Source: an uncultured Erysipelotrichaceae bacterium (GTDB taxonomy: Bacteria; Bacillota_I; Bacilli_A; Erysipelotrichales; Erysipelotrichaceae). Taken from it: 64,000 nt of DNA. Made by a program: the position numbers and the translations under genes. The notes under the pieces were generated by a model. That model was not told the DNA's origin, searched no databases, and was given only the letters and a program-made list of their open reading frames with translations. The stretch is from contig CANDJN010000001.1 in the NCBI GenBank assembly GCA_947385085.1, forward strand, positions 73,494 through 137,493, read 5' to 3'. Below are positions 40,007-50,674 of the stretch, in pieces; the first letter of the stretch is position 1, and the number at the start of each line of letters is the position of its first letter.

Positions 40007-40339
40007 CTATGGTCTGTTATTTTCTCCCCACTCGCATAATTGATCCAAAATTGGCATTAACGATTTTCCTTTATCGGATAAATAATATTCTACTTTAGGT
40101 GGAATTTCTTGATATTCTTTGCGTATGATCAAGCCGCATTCTTCCAGATCTTTTAAATTGGCCGTTAAGGTTTTAAAGGAGATGGGATCTAAAAATCTTT
40201 TCAGTTCATTATAGCGAAAGGTTCCGTAAAAGGCTAGGGAATATAGGATCGATAATTTATATTTACCGGATATTAAAGACATACTATAGGAAAATCCGGA
40301 ATCTTCAAAATGGACGTCCTTCTCAGCACATGGCTTCAT
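40007..40339 (-). CDS. HxlR-family transcriptional regulator
   Basis: wHTH; start at MKPCAEKD with RBS AAAGGAG. Confidence 0.8.
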   Translation of the reverse strand: MKPCAEKDVHFEDSGFSYSMSLISGKYKLSILYSLAFYGTFRYNELKRFLDPISFKTLTANLKDLEECGLIIRKEYQEIPPKVEYYLSDKGKSLMPILDQLCEWGENNRP

Positions 40340-40472
40340 TTTACACTCTCCTTTAGGTAAGTACTTTACAAAATGATTGTACCATAATAAAATGTATATG
40401 TAAATGATTTCGTTGTGTATAAACATCTGATGCGCGGAAATCTTTACCGATATTCACAATGGAGGAATGAAC

Positions 40473-41033
40473 ATGAGAAAAAATATTAAAACAACCGAAG
40501 CAATTTTTCCGATGCCGGTATTAATGATCGCTACCTATAATGAGGATGGCAGTGTTGATGTCATGAACGCCGCATGGGGAACAATGTTATCACGCAATCA
40601 AGTGATTCTAAATTTAACCGAAACACACAAGACGGTTAAAAACATCAAGCAAAGAAAAGCATTTACAGTCAGTATAGCGGATAGTGATCACGTGGTGGAA
40701 GCGGATTATTTCGGCGTTGTATCAGGCAATAATACACCAAATAAATTTGAAAACAGTGGCTTATCACAAACAAAGTCAGAAAATGTCAACGCTCCGATCA
40801 TCAATGAATTTCCAATTTGTCTTGAATGCGAGTTTATCGAGTATCAGGATGGTGAATATGGTTGTGGTGTCATTGGTAAAGTTGTGAATGTTACCGCCGA
40901 TGAAAAAGTGTTGAAGGATGATCGTGTTGATATTGAGGCAGTGAGCGCCATTGCGTTTGATCCCTATACTGCCGGATATTATAAGGTCTCAAAGAGAGTC
41001 GGGAATGCCTTTAAAGATGGCTTTCAATTATAA
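40473..41033 (+). CDS. Flavin reductase-like (FMN-binding split barrel) protein
   Basis: MPVLMIATYNEDGSVDVMNAAWG motif; divergent from the HxlR regulator. Confidence 0.75.
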   Translation: MRKNIKTTEAIFPMPVLMIATYNEDGSVDVMNAAWGTMLSRNQVILNLTETHKTVKNIKQRKAFTVSIADSDHVVEADYFGVVSGNNTPNKFENSGLSQTKSENVNAPIINEFPICLECEFIEYQDGEYGCGVIGKVVNVTADEKVLKDDRVDIEAVSAIAFDPYTAGYYKVSKRVGNAFKDGFQL

Positions 41034-41219
41034 TAATAAATATAGTACAAAGATTATTATGCTATCGGATAAGGAAGCGCAGAAACAGCGCTTCTTATTT
41101 ATGCTACTATATCGAATTGCGATATGGATGTTTTTTTAGATGGTTTCATGGAATGCTGGTAAACAATGCGGGTATTTGTTATAATGAGATAGTGATAATG
41201 CTTAACACAGGAGTTCATT

Positions 41220-42113
41220 ATGAAGATCAATCGTTTATTTGGAATCATCTATTTATTGCTTGACAATGATACTATGACCGCAAAGGAACTATCAGAATAT
41301 TTTGAAGTGTCCACAAGAACAATATACAGAGATATTGAATCATTGAGTGAGATCAATATACCGATATATATGAGCAAAGGAAAGAATGGTGGAATTCGTT
41401 TATTAGATCATTATAAATTTGATAAGTCATTATTAACAGATGAAGAACAAAATCAAATATTATTCTCATTACAGGGAATTCATCAATTACAAGGTAATAC
41501 AAATGATATATATGAAAAACTAAAAAATATATTTTCAAAAGATGACACCAGTTGGTTTGAGGTTGATTTTTCAGTATGGGGTCATTCTAATGTTCATAAG
41601 GCTAATTTTGAAATCATCAAAAATTCAATTATAAACAAGACCATCATCGAGTTTTGTTATTTCAATTCCTATGGGAAGCATTCCCAACGAAAGGTTGAAC
41701 CTTATAAACTATGCTTCAAATATAATTCATGGTATTTATATGGTATTGATAGCGATAAAAATACGGAGCGCTTTTTTAAGCTTATGAGAATGAAAAACGT
41801 AAAAGCAACGAATGAAAGCTTTGAAAAAACGGTACCTGTACCCATCAAGCGAGAAGAACATGCGCCTAAGATGATTCAACTGGTTTTACAGATTGACAAA
41901 GAGCTATCATACCGTGTCTATGATGAATTTGATGAAGCAGACATTCAAATATCGGAAAATAAGGACTTCATTGTGACAACAGAATATCCTTTCACTGATT
42001 GGATCTATGGCTATATTCTTTCCTTTGGTGAACACATTAAGGTTTTAGCGCCGGAAATGATAAAAAATGAAATCATAAACAAATTAAAGAATAATTTAAA
42101 TCAATATTTTTAA
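41220..42113 (+). CDS. YafY-like transcriptional regulator (N-terminal HTH plus WYL domain)
   Basis: HTH AKELSEYFEVSTRTIYRDIESL; C-terminal WYL-type region (SWYLYGID). Confidence 0.7.
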   Translation: MKINRLFGIIYLLLDNDTMTAKELSEYFEVSTRTIYRDIESLSEINIPIYMSKGKNGGIRLLDHYKFDKSLLTDEEQNQILFSLQGIHQLQGNTNDIYEKLKNIFSKDDTSWFEVDFSVWGHSNVHKANFEIIKNSIINKTIIEFCYFNSYGKHSQRKVEPYKLCFKYNSWYLYGIDSDKNTERFFKLMRMKNVKATNESFEKTVPVPIKREEHAPKMIQLVLQIDKELSYRVYDEFDEADIQISENKDFIVTTEYPFTDWIYGYILSFGEHIKVLAPEMIKNEIINKLKNNLNQYF

Positions 42114-42178
42114 TATGACGATATGGTGTCATATTCCATTTGTTATAATACCTTTATGAAAATAGAGGAGGAATTAAC

Positions 42179-42814
42179 ATGGCTTTTGATTATAAGAAGG
42201 AGTATAAGGAATTATATCTGCCTAAGAATAAACCGACTATTGTAACAATACCGAAGATGAATTATATCGCGGTAAGAGGTTCAGGAAATCCGAATGAAGA
42301 AAATAGCGCTTATAAAAACTCTATCGGACTGTTATACGGTGTTGCTTATACCATTAAAATGAGCAAGAAGGGCACGCACAAAATACCGGGATTCTTTGAA
42401 TTTGTGGTACCGCCGTTAGAGGGACTTTGGTGGCAGGACGGAGCAGATGATATGCTTGATTATCATCGCAAGGATGCGATGCATTTCATATCGATGATTC
42501 GTCTTCCTGATTTTGTCACTGAGGATGAAGTGGCATGGGCAATAGAAGAAGCGACGAAAAAGAAAAAGCAGGATTTTTCCAGCGTTGCGTTTTTAACCTA
42601 TGATGAAGGCTTATGCGTGCAGTGCATGCATATCGGCAGCTATGATGATGAACCGGCAACCGTCGCTCAAATGCATACATTTATGGATAAAAACGGATAT
42701 GAATTGAACATAACGGATATAAGATGGCATCATGAAATCTATTTAAATGATCCAAGAAGATGCGCTGTTGCTAAATTAAAAACGGTCATTCGCCATCCGA
42801 TTAAGAAAAAATAA
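42179..42814 (+). CDS. GyrI-like small-molecule-binding domain protein
   Basis: Size and GyrI-like pattern (IVTIPKMNYIAVRGSG...). Confidence 0.55.
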   Translation: MAFDYKKEYKELYLPKNKPTIVTIPKMNYIAVRGSGNPNEENSAYKNSIGLLYGVAYTIKMSKKGTHKIPGFFEFVVPPLEGLWWQDGADDMLDYHRKDAMHFISMIRLPDFVTEDEVAWAIEEATKKKKQDFSSVAFLTYDEGLCVQCMHIGSYDDEPATVAQMHTFMDKNGYELNITDIRWHHEIYLNDPRRCAVAKLKTVIRHPIKKK

Positions 42815-42912
42815 CGAGATAAAATTGAATGCTGTATGAATTATTATTATACAGGCTAGCTCATTATTTAACGAAAGAATAATCACAAATCACAATGTGT
42901 AAAGGAGAAATT

Positions 42913-43188
42913 ATGGCAGAAATAACTTCGATGAAAAATATCGGAAAAGAATTAGCGAGAAAATTGAAAATAATAGGTATCAATTCACCAGAGGAATTAA
43001 TGCGAACAGGCAGTAAAGAAGCTTTTTTAAGATTAAAAATGCGATTACCGGAAGTTTGTCTGGTTCATTTATACACTCTCGAGGCGGCGATAACTGATAC
43101 AGCTTTCAACAAATTATCAGCGGAAACAAAAAAAGAATTGAAAGAGTTTTCTGATGACTGGAAATCATCGCGAATTACTATTGATTAA
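42913..43188 (+). CDS. TfoX/Sxy C-terminal-domain protein (stand-alone)
   Basis: LKNIGKELARKLKIIGINSPEEL helix-hairpin-helix-like TfoX_C pattern; RBS AAAGGAG. Confidence 0.55.
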   Translation: MAEITSMKNIGKELARKLKIIGINSPEELMRTGSKEAFLRLKMRLPEVCLVHLYTLEAAITDTAFNKLSAETKKELKEFSDDWKSSRITID

Positions 43189-43202
43189 GGAGCGGAAGCA
43201 AA

Positions 43203-43952
43203 ATGAACGAATATATCAATATCACATTAGCAAATATCGATCAGGAGCATTTATGTTGTGCGATTGGTGATCCGAAGCATCGTGAAGGAGTCAATCAGAA
43301 AAAAGCATGGATAAAAAGTAAATTGAAAGATGGACATGTATTTAGAAAGCTAAATGCAAGAGGCAAAGTATTTATTGAGTATGAACCGATTGAGACCGCA
43401 TGGATTCCCATTCATGGAAAAAACTATGAATACATTTATTGTTTATGGGTTGCCGGAGCTTATAAGGGAAAAGGAATCGGAAAAGAACTATTAGAATACG
43501 CCATCGAGGATGCCAAAGATAAAGGTAGGAGTGGAATTTGTACATTATCTTCTAAGAAGAAGAAACCTTTTATCGGAGAAAAGAAGTTTTATGAGCATTA
43601 TGGATTTAGAGTAGTGGATGTGGTGCAGGATTATGAGTTAATGGCACTTCAATTTGATGATAGTGAAGTTCCTCAATTCAATGACAGTGTTAGAAATATG
43701 AGAATTGATTCGCAAGCATTTACCATCTATTATAGTCCTGAATGCCCATATGTGGAATATGAGGTAAAAGAATTATCACAGTATGGTAAAGAGAATAATA
43801 TTGAAATTCGTTTTGTCAGGATTGATACACTGGAGAAAGCCAAAAATGCTCCGTGTATATTTAACAATTGGGCGAATTTCTATAAAGGCATATTTATATC
43901 CAATACCATTTTGAATGCCAAATCTTTTGCTAAATTGCTTCAGGTAAAATAA
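43203..43952 (+). CDS. GNAT-family N-acetyltransferase (YoaP-like, with C-terminal extension)
   Basis: GNAT core (VAGAYKGKGIGKELLEYAI) plus ~100-aa C-terminal domain. Confidence 0.65.
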   Translation: MNEYINITLANIDQEHLCCAIGDPKHREGVNQKKAWIKSKLKDGHVFRKLNARGKVFIEYEPIETAWIPIHGKNYEYIYCLWVAGAYKGKGIGKELLEYAIEDAKDKGRSGICTLSSKKKKPFIGEKKFYEHYGFRVVDVVQDYELMALQFDDSEVPQFNDSVRNMRIDSQAFTIYYSPECPYVEYEVKELSQYGKENNIEIRFVRIDTLEKAKNAPCIFNNWANFYKGIFISNTILNAKSFAKLLQVK

Positions 43953-44837
43953 ATGGAATTTATTACAGCGAAAACGATTCTATCCAAAGTGAAAAATGGT
44001 AATGCTTGGTATGGAATTGACTATAATATGAATCTATATCGCGGCTGTCCTCATCAATGTATTTATTGTGATTCTCGAAGTCAATGCTATCATATTGATC
44101 AATTTGATATCGTGAAAGGAAAAGCCAACGCTCTTGTGATCCTAGAAAGGGAACTATCCAAAAAACGTAAAAAGGGCATTGTTGGAATTGGCGCTATGTC
44201 AGATCCGTACAATCCGTTAGAACAGGAGTTTGAACAAACAAGAGGAGCATTAAGATTAATCGCAAAATACGGCTTTGGTGTTTCCATTGATACAAAAAGT
44301 GATCTTATATTAAGAGATATTGATTTACTGAAAGAAATTAATAAGAACGGCAATGTAATCGTTAAGTTTACCATTACTACTCCAAAGGATGAATTATCCA
44401 AGTGCATTGAGCCTAACGTATGCGTTTCATCACAAAGGCTGAAAGCAATTAAAAAAATAAGTGAAAATGGAATCTTTACCGGAATCATGATGAATCCGGT
44501 TCTTCCTTTTATAACGGATAAGGAAAGCGATATAAAGGAATTGGTAAGATTGGCAAGCAAGTCCGGAGCGAAATTCATACATACTTATATGGGAATGACG
44601 CTAAGAGATCAGCAACGAGATTATTATTTTAAAAAATTAGATCAACATTTTAAAGGATTAAAAGAAAAGTATATTCATAGGTACGGAGATCAATATATGT
44701 GCGCTGTTCCTAATCAACGCTTATATAGAGTGTTTACTGATGAGTGTAGTAATTATGGTATCTTATATCGTATGAAAGAAATTGTGAATGCCTATAAAAG
44801 AGAAAATATGGCAGTTAAGCAGCTCTCGTTATTTTAA
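43953..44837 (+). CDS. SPL-family radical SAM protein (spore-photoproduct-lyase-like / DNA photolyase-like)
   Basis: CPHQCIYC radical-SAM cluster motif ~30 aa from the N-terminus; abuts the GNAT stop (TAAATG). Confidence 0.7.
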   Translation: MEFITAKTILSKVKNGNAWYGIDYNMNLYRGCPHQCIYCDSRSQCYHIDQFDIVKGKANALVILERELSKKRKKGIVGIGAMSDPYNPLEQEFEQTRGALRLIAKYGFGVSIDTKSDLILRDIDLLKEINKNGNVIVKFTITTPKDELSKCIEPNVCVSSQRLKAIKKISENGIFTGIMMNPVLPFITDKESDIKELVRLASKSGAKFIHTYMGMTLRDQQRDYYFKKLDQHFKGLKEKYIHRYGDQYMCAVPNQRLYRVFTDECSNYGILYRMKEIVNAYKRENMAVKQLSLF

Positions 44838-45029
44838 TAAATGATCGGCTTTAAATGGTTATATTTACACAATATATGTATAAGAATAGGGAATGATATG
44901 GTATTTTATTTTAGAAGCGCTAACATGGTAGTACATAAGCATAGGGGGATAGGGGAAGATAAAGCAGAAAAATAATTGAATGGCACAAGTGAATATGGTA
45001 ATATAACTATGTTGGAGGCGAAATAAGTA

Positions 45030-45560
45030 ATGTATGAGAAGAAGGAGAAAAGGTATGGTATTATAGCGATATTATATTACATGATCTATATTTTGGGTTC
45101 ATGGATATGTGGGGTTTTATACCAAAATAACATTGGTTCTAAATCAATATATAGAATATCTGTATTACTGTTTATTTTTGGAGTAATAATTGTATTAGTC
45201 AAAGATAGAAACTTTAAGAATTTAGGCTTCGTCCATGGACGCAAAGTAGACATCGCTATAGCTATGACAATCGTCCTGATAACATTTTTGCTTGTATTTA
45301 TATGTAGCGGATTGGAATTACAAAAAGTTTTTTCACAGACGCTTTACTATCTATTTTATATAGCCGCAATAGAAGAAGTTTTATTTAGGGGAATGATCCA
45401 TAATTATATGTTTTAAATAATATATCTTTTTCCTATATCCTAGTAGCCATTCCCAATCTGATAGAAACTTTTGTATTCCATCTTATATTTTGTTTGATTA
45501 CTTATAGAAGAAAAAATATTTTACTTCCCATCGCGATTCATTATGCGTATGATATTTTAG
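45030..45560 (+). pseudogene. CPBP-family (CAAX-protease-like) intramembrane metalloprotease, apparently frameshifted near the 3' end
   Basis: EEVLFRG (EExxxR) motif at the end of the 128-aa ORF; downstream out-of-frame segment encodes ...IAIHYAYDILGLII. Confidence 0.4.
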
Positions 45561-45885
45561 GATTAATCATATGAGAAGTGTAAGGAGAAGGAATAATGAT
45601 ATTTCAAGCTTACAATGCTGAATAAAAAAAACAGTCATGCCGTTACATGGGATGGCTACTACTGTGAACAAGGGGATACCTTATTTAGGACATTATCATA
45701 TTATTTTGTGTGAACTGGCTGGAATTATGATTATTCATTGTCAGCCAATACAGCGAAAAGACGGAGTTTGTAACTTCCTAATATGAAAATGCAGTATTTC
45801 ATAATATGGGACGTGGACAAATAATAAGGAATAATGTCCTTATCACGAAAGAAATAATTATTTAATGGAGAGGAGAAAATATACT

Positions 45886-46491
45886 ATGAGAAGAAAACTG
45901 CTGTTTTTTGTCGCTATGATCCTGGGAACAACCGGTTGTAGTAATGATCAGATAAAGGCTACAAGCGATGAGCTTCAAATGATACAAGATAAAATCATTA
46001 AATACGATACCATTCATGGCGTACAAGAAAACTATGCTTTTAATTATGTAGATGAAGAAAATGGATTAGTGGTAGTAGGATTGCTAAATAATAGCCTCGA
46101 AGCACAGGAAAAATTCAAAAAAGACGTTGTGGATTCAAATTTCATAAAGTTTGTCCAAAGTGATGAATTTGTGGATGAAGCAAGCAATTATATGCAAGAT
46201 AAAAGCGCATTTATTAGAACGTATCACATTCTTAATGTCGCTGAAAGCAATGATACGAATTACATTTACTTAACGATAAGGCAATTTCAGGAAGAAGAGG
46301 TTCAAACCATTAAAGTAAAAAGAAGTTTATGCCCCGATATTATTGAAGGGAAGGACTATGAATTCACTATAAAGCCGAATTATGAATGCAAAGATAATCT
46401 GTTATCAATATTTAGCCATAGTAATGTGTTAGCGATAGAGGCGACAAATAAAATTGGTTTAGAACAGATACAGGATGATTTGCCCAAATAG
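45886..46491 (+). CDS. Hypothetical lipoprotein
   Basis: Signal peptide with lipobox LGTTGC; RBS AGGAGA. Confidence 0.6.
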   Translation: MRRKLLFFVAMILGTTGCSNDQIKATSDELQMIQDKIIKYDTIHGVQENYAFNYVDEENGLVVVGLLNNSLEAQEKFKKDVVDSNFIKFVQSDEFVDEASNYMQDKSAFIRTYHILNVAESNDTNYIYLTIRQFQEEEVQTIKVKRSLCPDIIEGKDYEFTIKPNYECKDNLLSIFSHSNVLAIEATNKIGLEQIQDDLPK

Positions 46492-46779
46492 TTAAGTTAA
46501 TTAATTTTGGACTATGATGTATGGTTTATTATAATGGATCATAAAATTCAGCGTATTTCCTCTTTACTTCCCTAAATATTTAGGATTATAATATAAAAGT
46601 TTCCAGGAGATATTTATATTATCAAAGATGCTCTGGTAATGCTTCAAGGAACGTTTCTTTACCAAGAAAAATAAATCGAATATATAAATTTACGTTTTTA
46701 AAGCTATATTATTACAAGGAAAGGAGGAGCATTATTTTTTCACGCACATGAAGTTATATGCAATTAAAAGGGATTAAGG

Positions 46780-47664
46780 GTGCAAAATAACGCCTTATGT
46801 TTCCAAGAAAAGATAATGCGAATATATATGAGCGAATTTCAACAAATCAAAGCATGGTATGATTCCATCAAACAGTTGGCGGAAGAGACAAACGAGGCTT
46901 TTAATTCTGAAAAGATGATTCTATATGTTTCTTCTTATTATCAGGATGCACTGTCAACGCTGTTAAAAAATGAATATCATGATGAAAAGAAGGAAATAAG
47001 CGATGAGGAAATTACCCGCTTCATCACCTTGGCAGCGGCTAAAATGAACAAAACTTTAATGGAGGAATTGTCCTATAAATATATACATGCCAATTTTGAG
47101 AAAATCAATCAATTGCTTACACAGACACAGCTTTGTGAAACAGAGTTTCTTGCAAAAAATCATGATATGTTACAGGCGTATTATGATACGGAAATGATGC
47201 TCGATAATCTCACATATAAGGATCATCCAGTGGAATCGTTTCGTCGATTTATTGAGAAAAATTATATTCAGTTGAAAGCTGGTAAATCAGATGAATATGT
47301 GCTTAAATTCTGCTTTGAAGAGGAGCCATTAAAAGAATATCAAAGCTTTGAATGCAATACGATTGGTGAATTCCTTGCTTTTTGTTCACCGCTGTTGTTG
47401 GAAAAGATAAATCATGAACAGTTATTGCGAATCAAAGCTTATTTTAATGCCGTTAAGCTAAACTCTAATGAAACATTTGATTATAATATCGCGAAAGAGT
47501 TAAGAAACGAGGCGCTGTATCAGTATCTTGACAGCTTTGAGTACATACGGTTGCATTTCTTTTTAGAAGATTTATACTTGCTGCTGTACTATGATAAAAT
47601 TGATGATTTTAAAAGTCAATCGGTTGCGGAGGCATTGAAGCAGGAATTAGAAAAACAGCAATAG
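46780..47664 (+). CDS. Hypothetical helical protein (294 aa)
   Basis: Long ORF, no recognizable motifs; start uncertain (GTG 46780 or ATG 46816/46828). Confidence 0.45.
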   Translation: MQNNALCFQEKIMRIYMSEFQQIKAWYDSIKQLAEETNEAFNSEKMILYVSSYYQDALSTLLKNEYHDEKKEISDEEITRFITLAAAKMNKTLMEELSYKYIHANFEKINQLLTQTQLCETEFLAKNHDMLQAYYDTEMMLDNLTYKDHPVESFRRFIEKNYIQLKAGKSDEYVLKFCFEEEPLKEYQSFECNTIGEFLAFCSPLLLEKINHEQLLRIKAYFNAVKLNSNETFDYNIAKELRNEALYQYLDSFEYIRLHFFLEDLYLLLYYDKIDDFKSQSVAEALKQELEKQQ

Positions 47665-47812
47665 GAAGGTTAATACTCGCATCGTGCTTTGTTTTAGCGA
47701 TTCTTTGACCATTTTCAGTTAAGTTTTTTTGCTATCGAATAATTACTGTTTGCCTTGACCTTTGCCTTTATGGTATACTATTTACGCATAATTTTGGAAG
47801 GTGATGAAAACA

Positions 47813-48544
47813 ATGGGCAGACATTTTGAAGTACGTGCCGCTTCAATGGCTAAAACAGCGGCTGCTAAGGCAAAATTATATTCTCGTTATGGCAAGGAAA
47901 TATTAATGGCAGCGAAAAACGGAGTTCCTGATCCCGATATGAATACGACGCTGAAGAAAGTTATTGAGCGGGCTAAAGCCAATCAAGTTCCCAGTGATGT
48001 TATCAAACGTGCGATCGACAAAGCGAAGGGTGGCAGCGGTGAGAACTACGCACCGGCAACCTATGAAGGTTTTGGCTCTGGTGGTCAGGCAACGATTATT
48101 GTCGATTGTTTGAGTGATAATGCCAATCGTACCATTGCGGATTTGCGCGGTTGCTTTAACAAATCTCATGCTAAAATGGGTGTCAGTGGCTCGGTTTCTT
48201 TTAATTATGAAAAGGTTGGTTTCCTTTCCTTTGCTTATGAGGATGAGGAAGCGGTGATGGATGCATTGATTATGGCTGATGTAGATTTAAAAGATATTGA
48301 GGTTGAAGAAGCGCAAATGAGTGTTACAGTCGAACCTGCTGATCTCAATAAGGCTAAAGAAGCTATAGAGGCTTTGATTCCTGATGTAAAATTTGACGTG
48401 TTGGAGCTTACGATGTTACCAAATGAATACGTGGAATTGGAAGGGGAGGAACTGGAGTTATTTCAGCGTTTGCTACGGCTGTTAGATGAAGTGGATGACG
48501 TACAAAACGTCTATCACAATGTATCCAACATAAACGCAGAATAA
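47813..48544 (+). CDS. yebC: YebC/PmpR-family DNA-binding regulator
   Basis: MGRHFEVRAASMAKTAAAKAKLYSRYGKEI, near-invariant family N-terminus. Confidence 0.9.
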   Translation: MGRHFEVRAASMAKTAAAKAKLYSRYGKEILMAAKNGVPDPDMNTTLKKVIERAKANQVPSDVIKRAIDKAKGGSGENYAPATYEGFGSGGQATIIVDCLSDNANRTIADLRGCFNKSHAKMGVSGSVSFNYEKVGFLSFAYEDEEAVMDALIMADVDLKDIEVEEAQMSVTVEPADLNKAKEAIEALIPDVKFDVLELTMLPNEYVELEGEELELFQRLLRLLDEVDDVQNVYHNVSNINAE

Positions 48545-48751
48545 AGTCTCTGATGCTTTGTCACAGATGAGAAAGCCGTAAGTTTTTAGCAAATCAGACA
48601 GAGGAGTTATATGTATTGTTGAGCTCTTCTGTCTTTTGTTTCTTTTCAACGTGATGTTTGTAAAGTATATTCTTTTATAAAGCATTATCAGAGATAGATA
48701 TTCCCATGGTATAATATACAATGTAAGTGATTTATATAGGAGGTTATAGCA

Positions 48752-49174
48752 ATGAGAGATGCAGAAAAAACAATAGGAAATATGATTGACAAGCAAAGCG
48801 TATGCTATATCAGTTCCATTGATCAAGAGGGATTTCCAAATACCAAAGCCATGCTGAAACCACGTAAAAGAAATGGCTTAAAGGAAATTTATTTTTCAAC
48901 AAATACATCTTCATTGAAAGTACAATCATTTAAAGATAATCCCAAGGCTTGTGTTTATTTTTGCGATAAGCGTTTTTTTCGAGGTGTTATGCTGAAGGGA
49001 ACTGTGGAGGTTTTAGAAGACCAAGAATCAAAAGAGATGTTATGGCAGTTTGGTGATACCATGTATTATAAAAAAGGTGTAACAGATCCGGATTACTGTG
49101 TCTTGAAATTTACGGCCCTTTCCGCAAGATATTATAGCCATTTTAAATCAGAGGAAATAAACATATATCAATAA
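48752..49174 (+). CDS. Pyridoxamine 5'-phosphate oxidase-like (general stress protein 26-like) protein
   Basis: Split-barrel FMN-binding pattern; ~140 aa. Confidence 0.6.
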   Translation: MRDAEKTIGNMIDKQSVCYISSIDQEGFPNTKAMLKPRKRNGLKEIYFSTNTSSLKVQSFKDNPKACVYFCDKRFFRGVMLKGTVEVLEDQESKEMLWQFGDTMYYKKGVTDPDYCVLKFTALSARYYSHFKSEEINIYQ

Positions 49175-49218
49175 CAGCTTGTTTGGTACACTTATGAAAG
49201 GAGAGGTTAGCTATAATT

Positions 49219-49626
49219 ATGGTTCAGTCAATTATAAAAAAAGTATTTCAATGTGATAAAGATAAATTATGGAATATAATAACAGATAATACTAATTATA
49301 CTTGGAGAACTGACTTATCTAAGATAGAAATTGTTGATGATACCCATTTTATAGAATATGCTAAAAATAATTATCCTACTTATTTTACCATTACTCAAAA
49401 AGAAAAATTGCATATATATGCGTTTGATATAGAGAATACAAATATAAAAGGAAAATGGATTGGGAAGTTTAGAAAGCTTGATAATGGATGTATTGAAATA
49501 GAGTTTACAGAAGCAATAGAAACATCTCATTTTATTATGAAATTATTGGCAAAGCCCTACTTAAAAAGTATGCAGAAAAGATATATAAAAGATTTAGAGC
49601 GTGTATTAAGTAGAAAAAAATCATAA
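49219..49626 (+). CDS. Hypothetical protein (135 aa)
   Basis: ORF with RBS; very AT-rich. Confidence 0.4.
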   Translation: MVQSIIKKVFQCDKDKLWNIITDNTNYTWRTDLSKIEIVDDTHFIEYAKNNYPTYFTITQKEKLHIYAFDIENTNIKGKWIGKFRKLDNGCIEIEFTEAIETSHFIMKLLAKPYLKSMQKRYIKDLERVLSRKKS

Positions 49627-49898
49627 AATATCGAGGGGAGATTATGAAAATAACTAACATTTATAAATCCTTGTATATGATTTCCTTATTTTTAGATTGG
49701 GGTTTGCGATAAGATTTGGTGTAAATTATTTTAAATGTTAAAATTAATTCAGCACCATTTTATACTTTTATTATGCAAAGAGTAATTGAGTTTATAATAC
49801 CAATTATTATTGTCACAATGTAGTAAAGCTTAAATGTAAAAGACTTTTGACAGACAAGCTCTTATTTTTATGGTAAATTGTTCTTGGAGGTGTTTCAA

Positions 49899-50474
49899 AT
49901 GGAATTTGGCACTAGAATTAAAAAATATCGTGAACATATCAATTTATCACAAGAGGAATTGGCAAATAAGATTTATGTATCTCGACAAACGATTTCTAAT
50001 TGGGAAAATGATAAATGCTATCCTGATATCAATAGTTTGAAACTGTTAAGCAGTATTTTTGATACATCTATTGATGATTTAATCGAAGAAGATATAGAGA
50101 GGATGAAAAAACAGGTGAATGAGAGTGAACGAAAAGAGTACAGTATGCTGTCAGCTTTTTTCAGCGTCGGGTTTTTGTTCATGATCACTTGTGCATATCC
50201 TTGCGTAAGATTTGCGGGAATAGCTGGGATTATTATTTTGATTGTAATAAGTTCAATTACCTTATTCATTGGCATAAAGATCGAATCTATTTACAAAAAG
50301 AATGACTGCCGTACTTTTAAAGAAATTGTTACATATTTGGACGGTACCTCTTTATCTGCGAAAGAACAAATAGAAGAAAAGGCCAAAAGACCTTATCAAA
50401 AGTTTTTATTAGGACTGGGGTCGGGATTTATAGCGATTGTGATATTTATCGTTTTGGATATGATCTTTCAATAG
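49899..50474 (+). CDS. XRE-family HTH regulator with a C-terminal membrane domain
   Basis: HTH LSQEELANKIYVSRQTISNWEN; two C-terminal TM helices; RBS GGAGGTG. Confidence 0.75.
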   Translation: MEFGTRIKKYREHINLSQEELANKIYVSRQTISNWENDKCYPDINSLKLLSSIFDTSIDDLIEEDIERMKKQVNESERKEYSMLSAFFSVGFLFMITCAYPCVRFAGIAGIIILIVISSITLFIGIKIESIYKKNDCRTFKEIVTYLDGTSLSAKEQIEEKAKRPYQKFLLGLGSGFIAIVIFIVLDMIFQ

Positions 50475-50674
50475 TGAGTATTTAATAAATGCTATTAATC
50501 CTGCGTGATTGGTTGACGCTTGAACCAAACGATTGGATATAAGAAAACGGAAAACGGTATTTTCTGTTCAAAAGAAAGCGGTCTGAAAACGAAAGTCGAT
50601 GAGCTTTCTCATATGTTTTCTTTTGCCTTAATTCCCTATGATTATTGATCAAAATATCGATCCGTTAATTTCGA

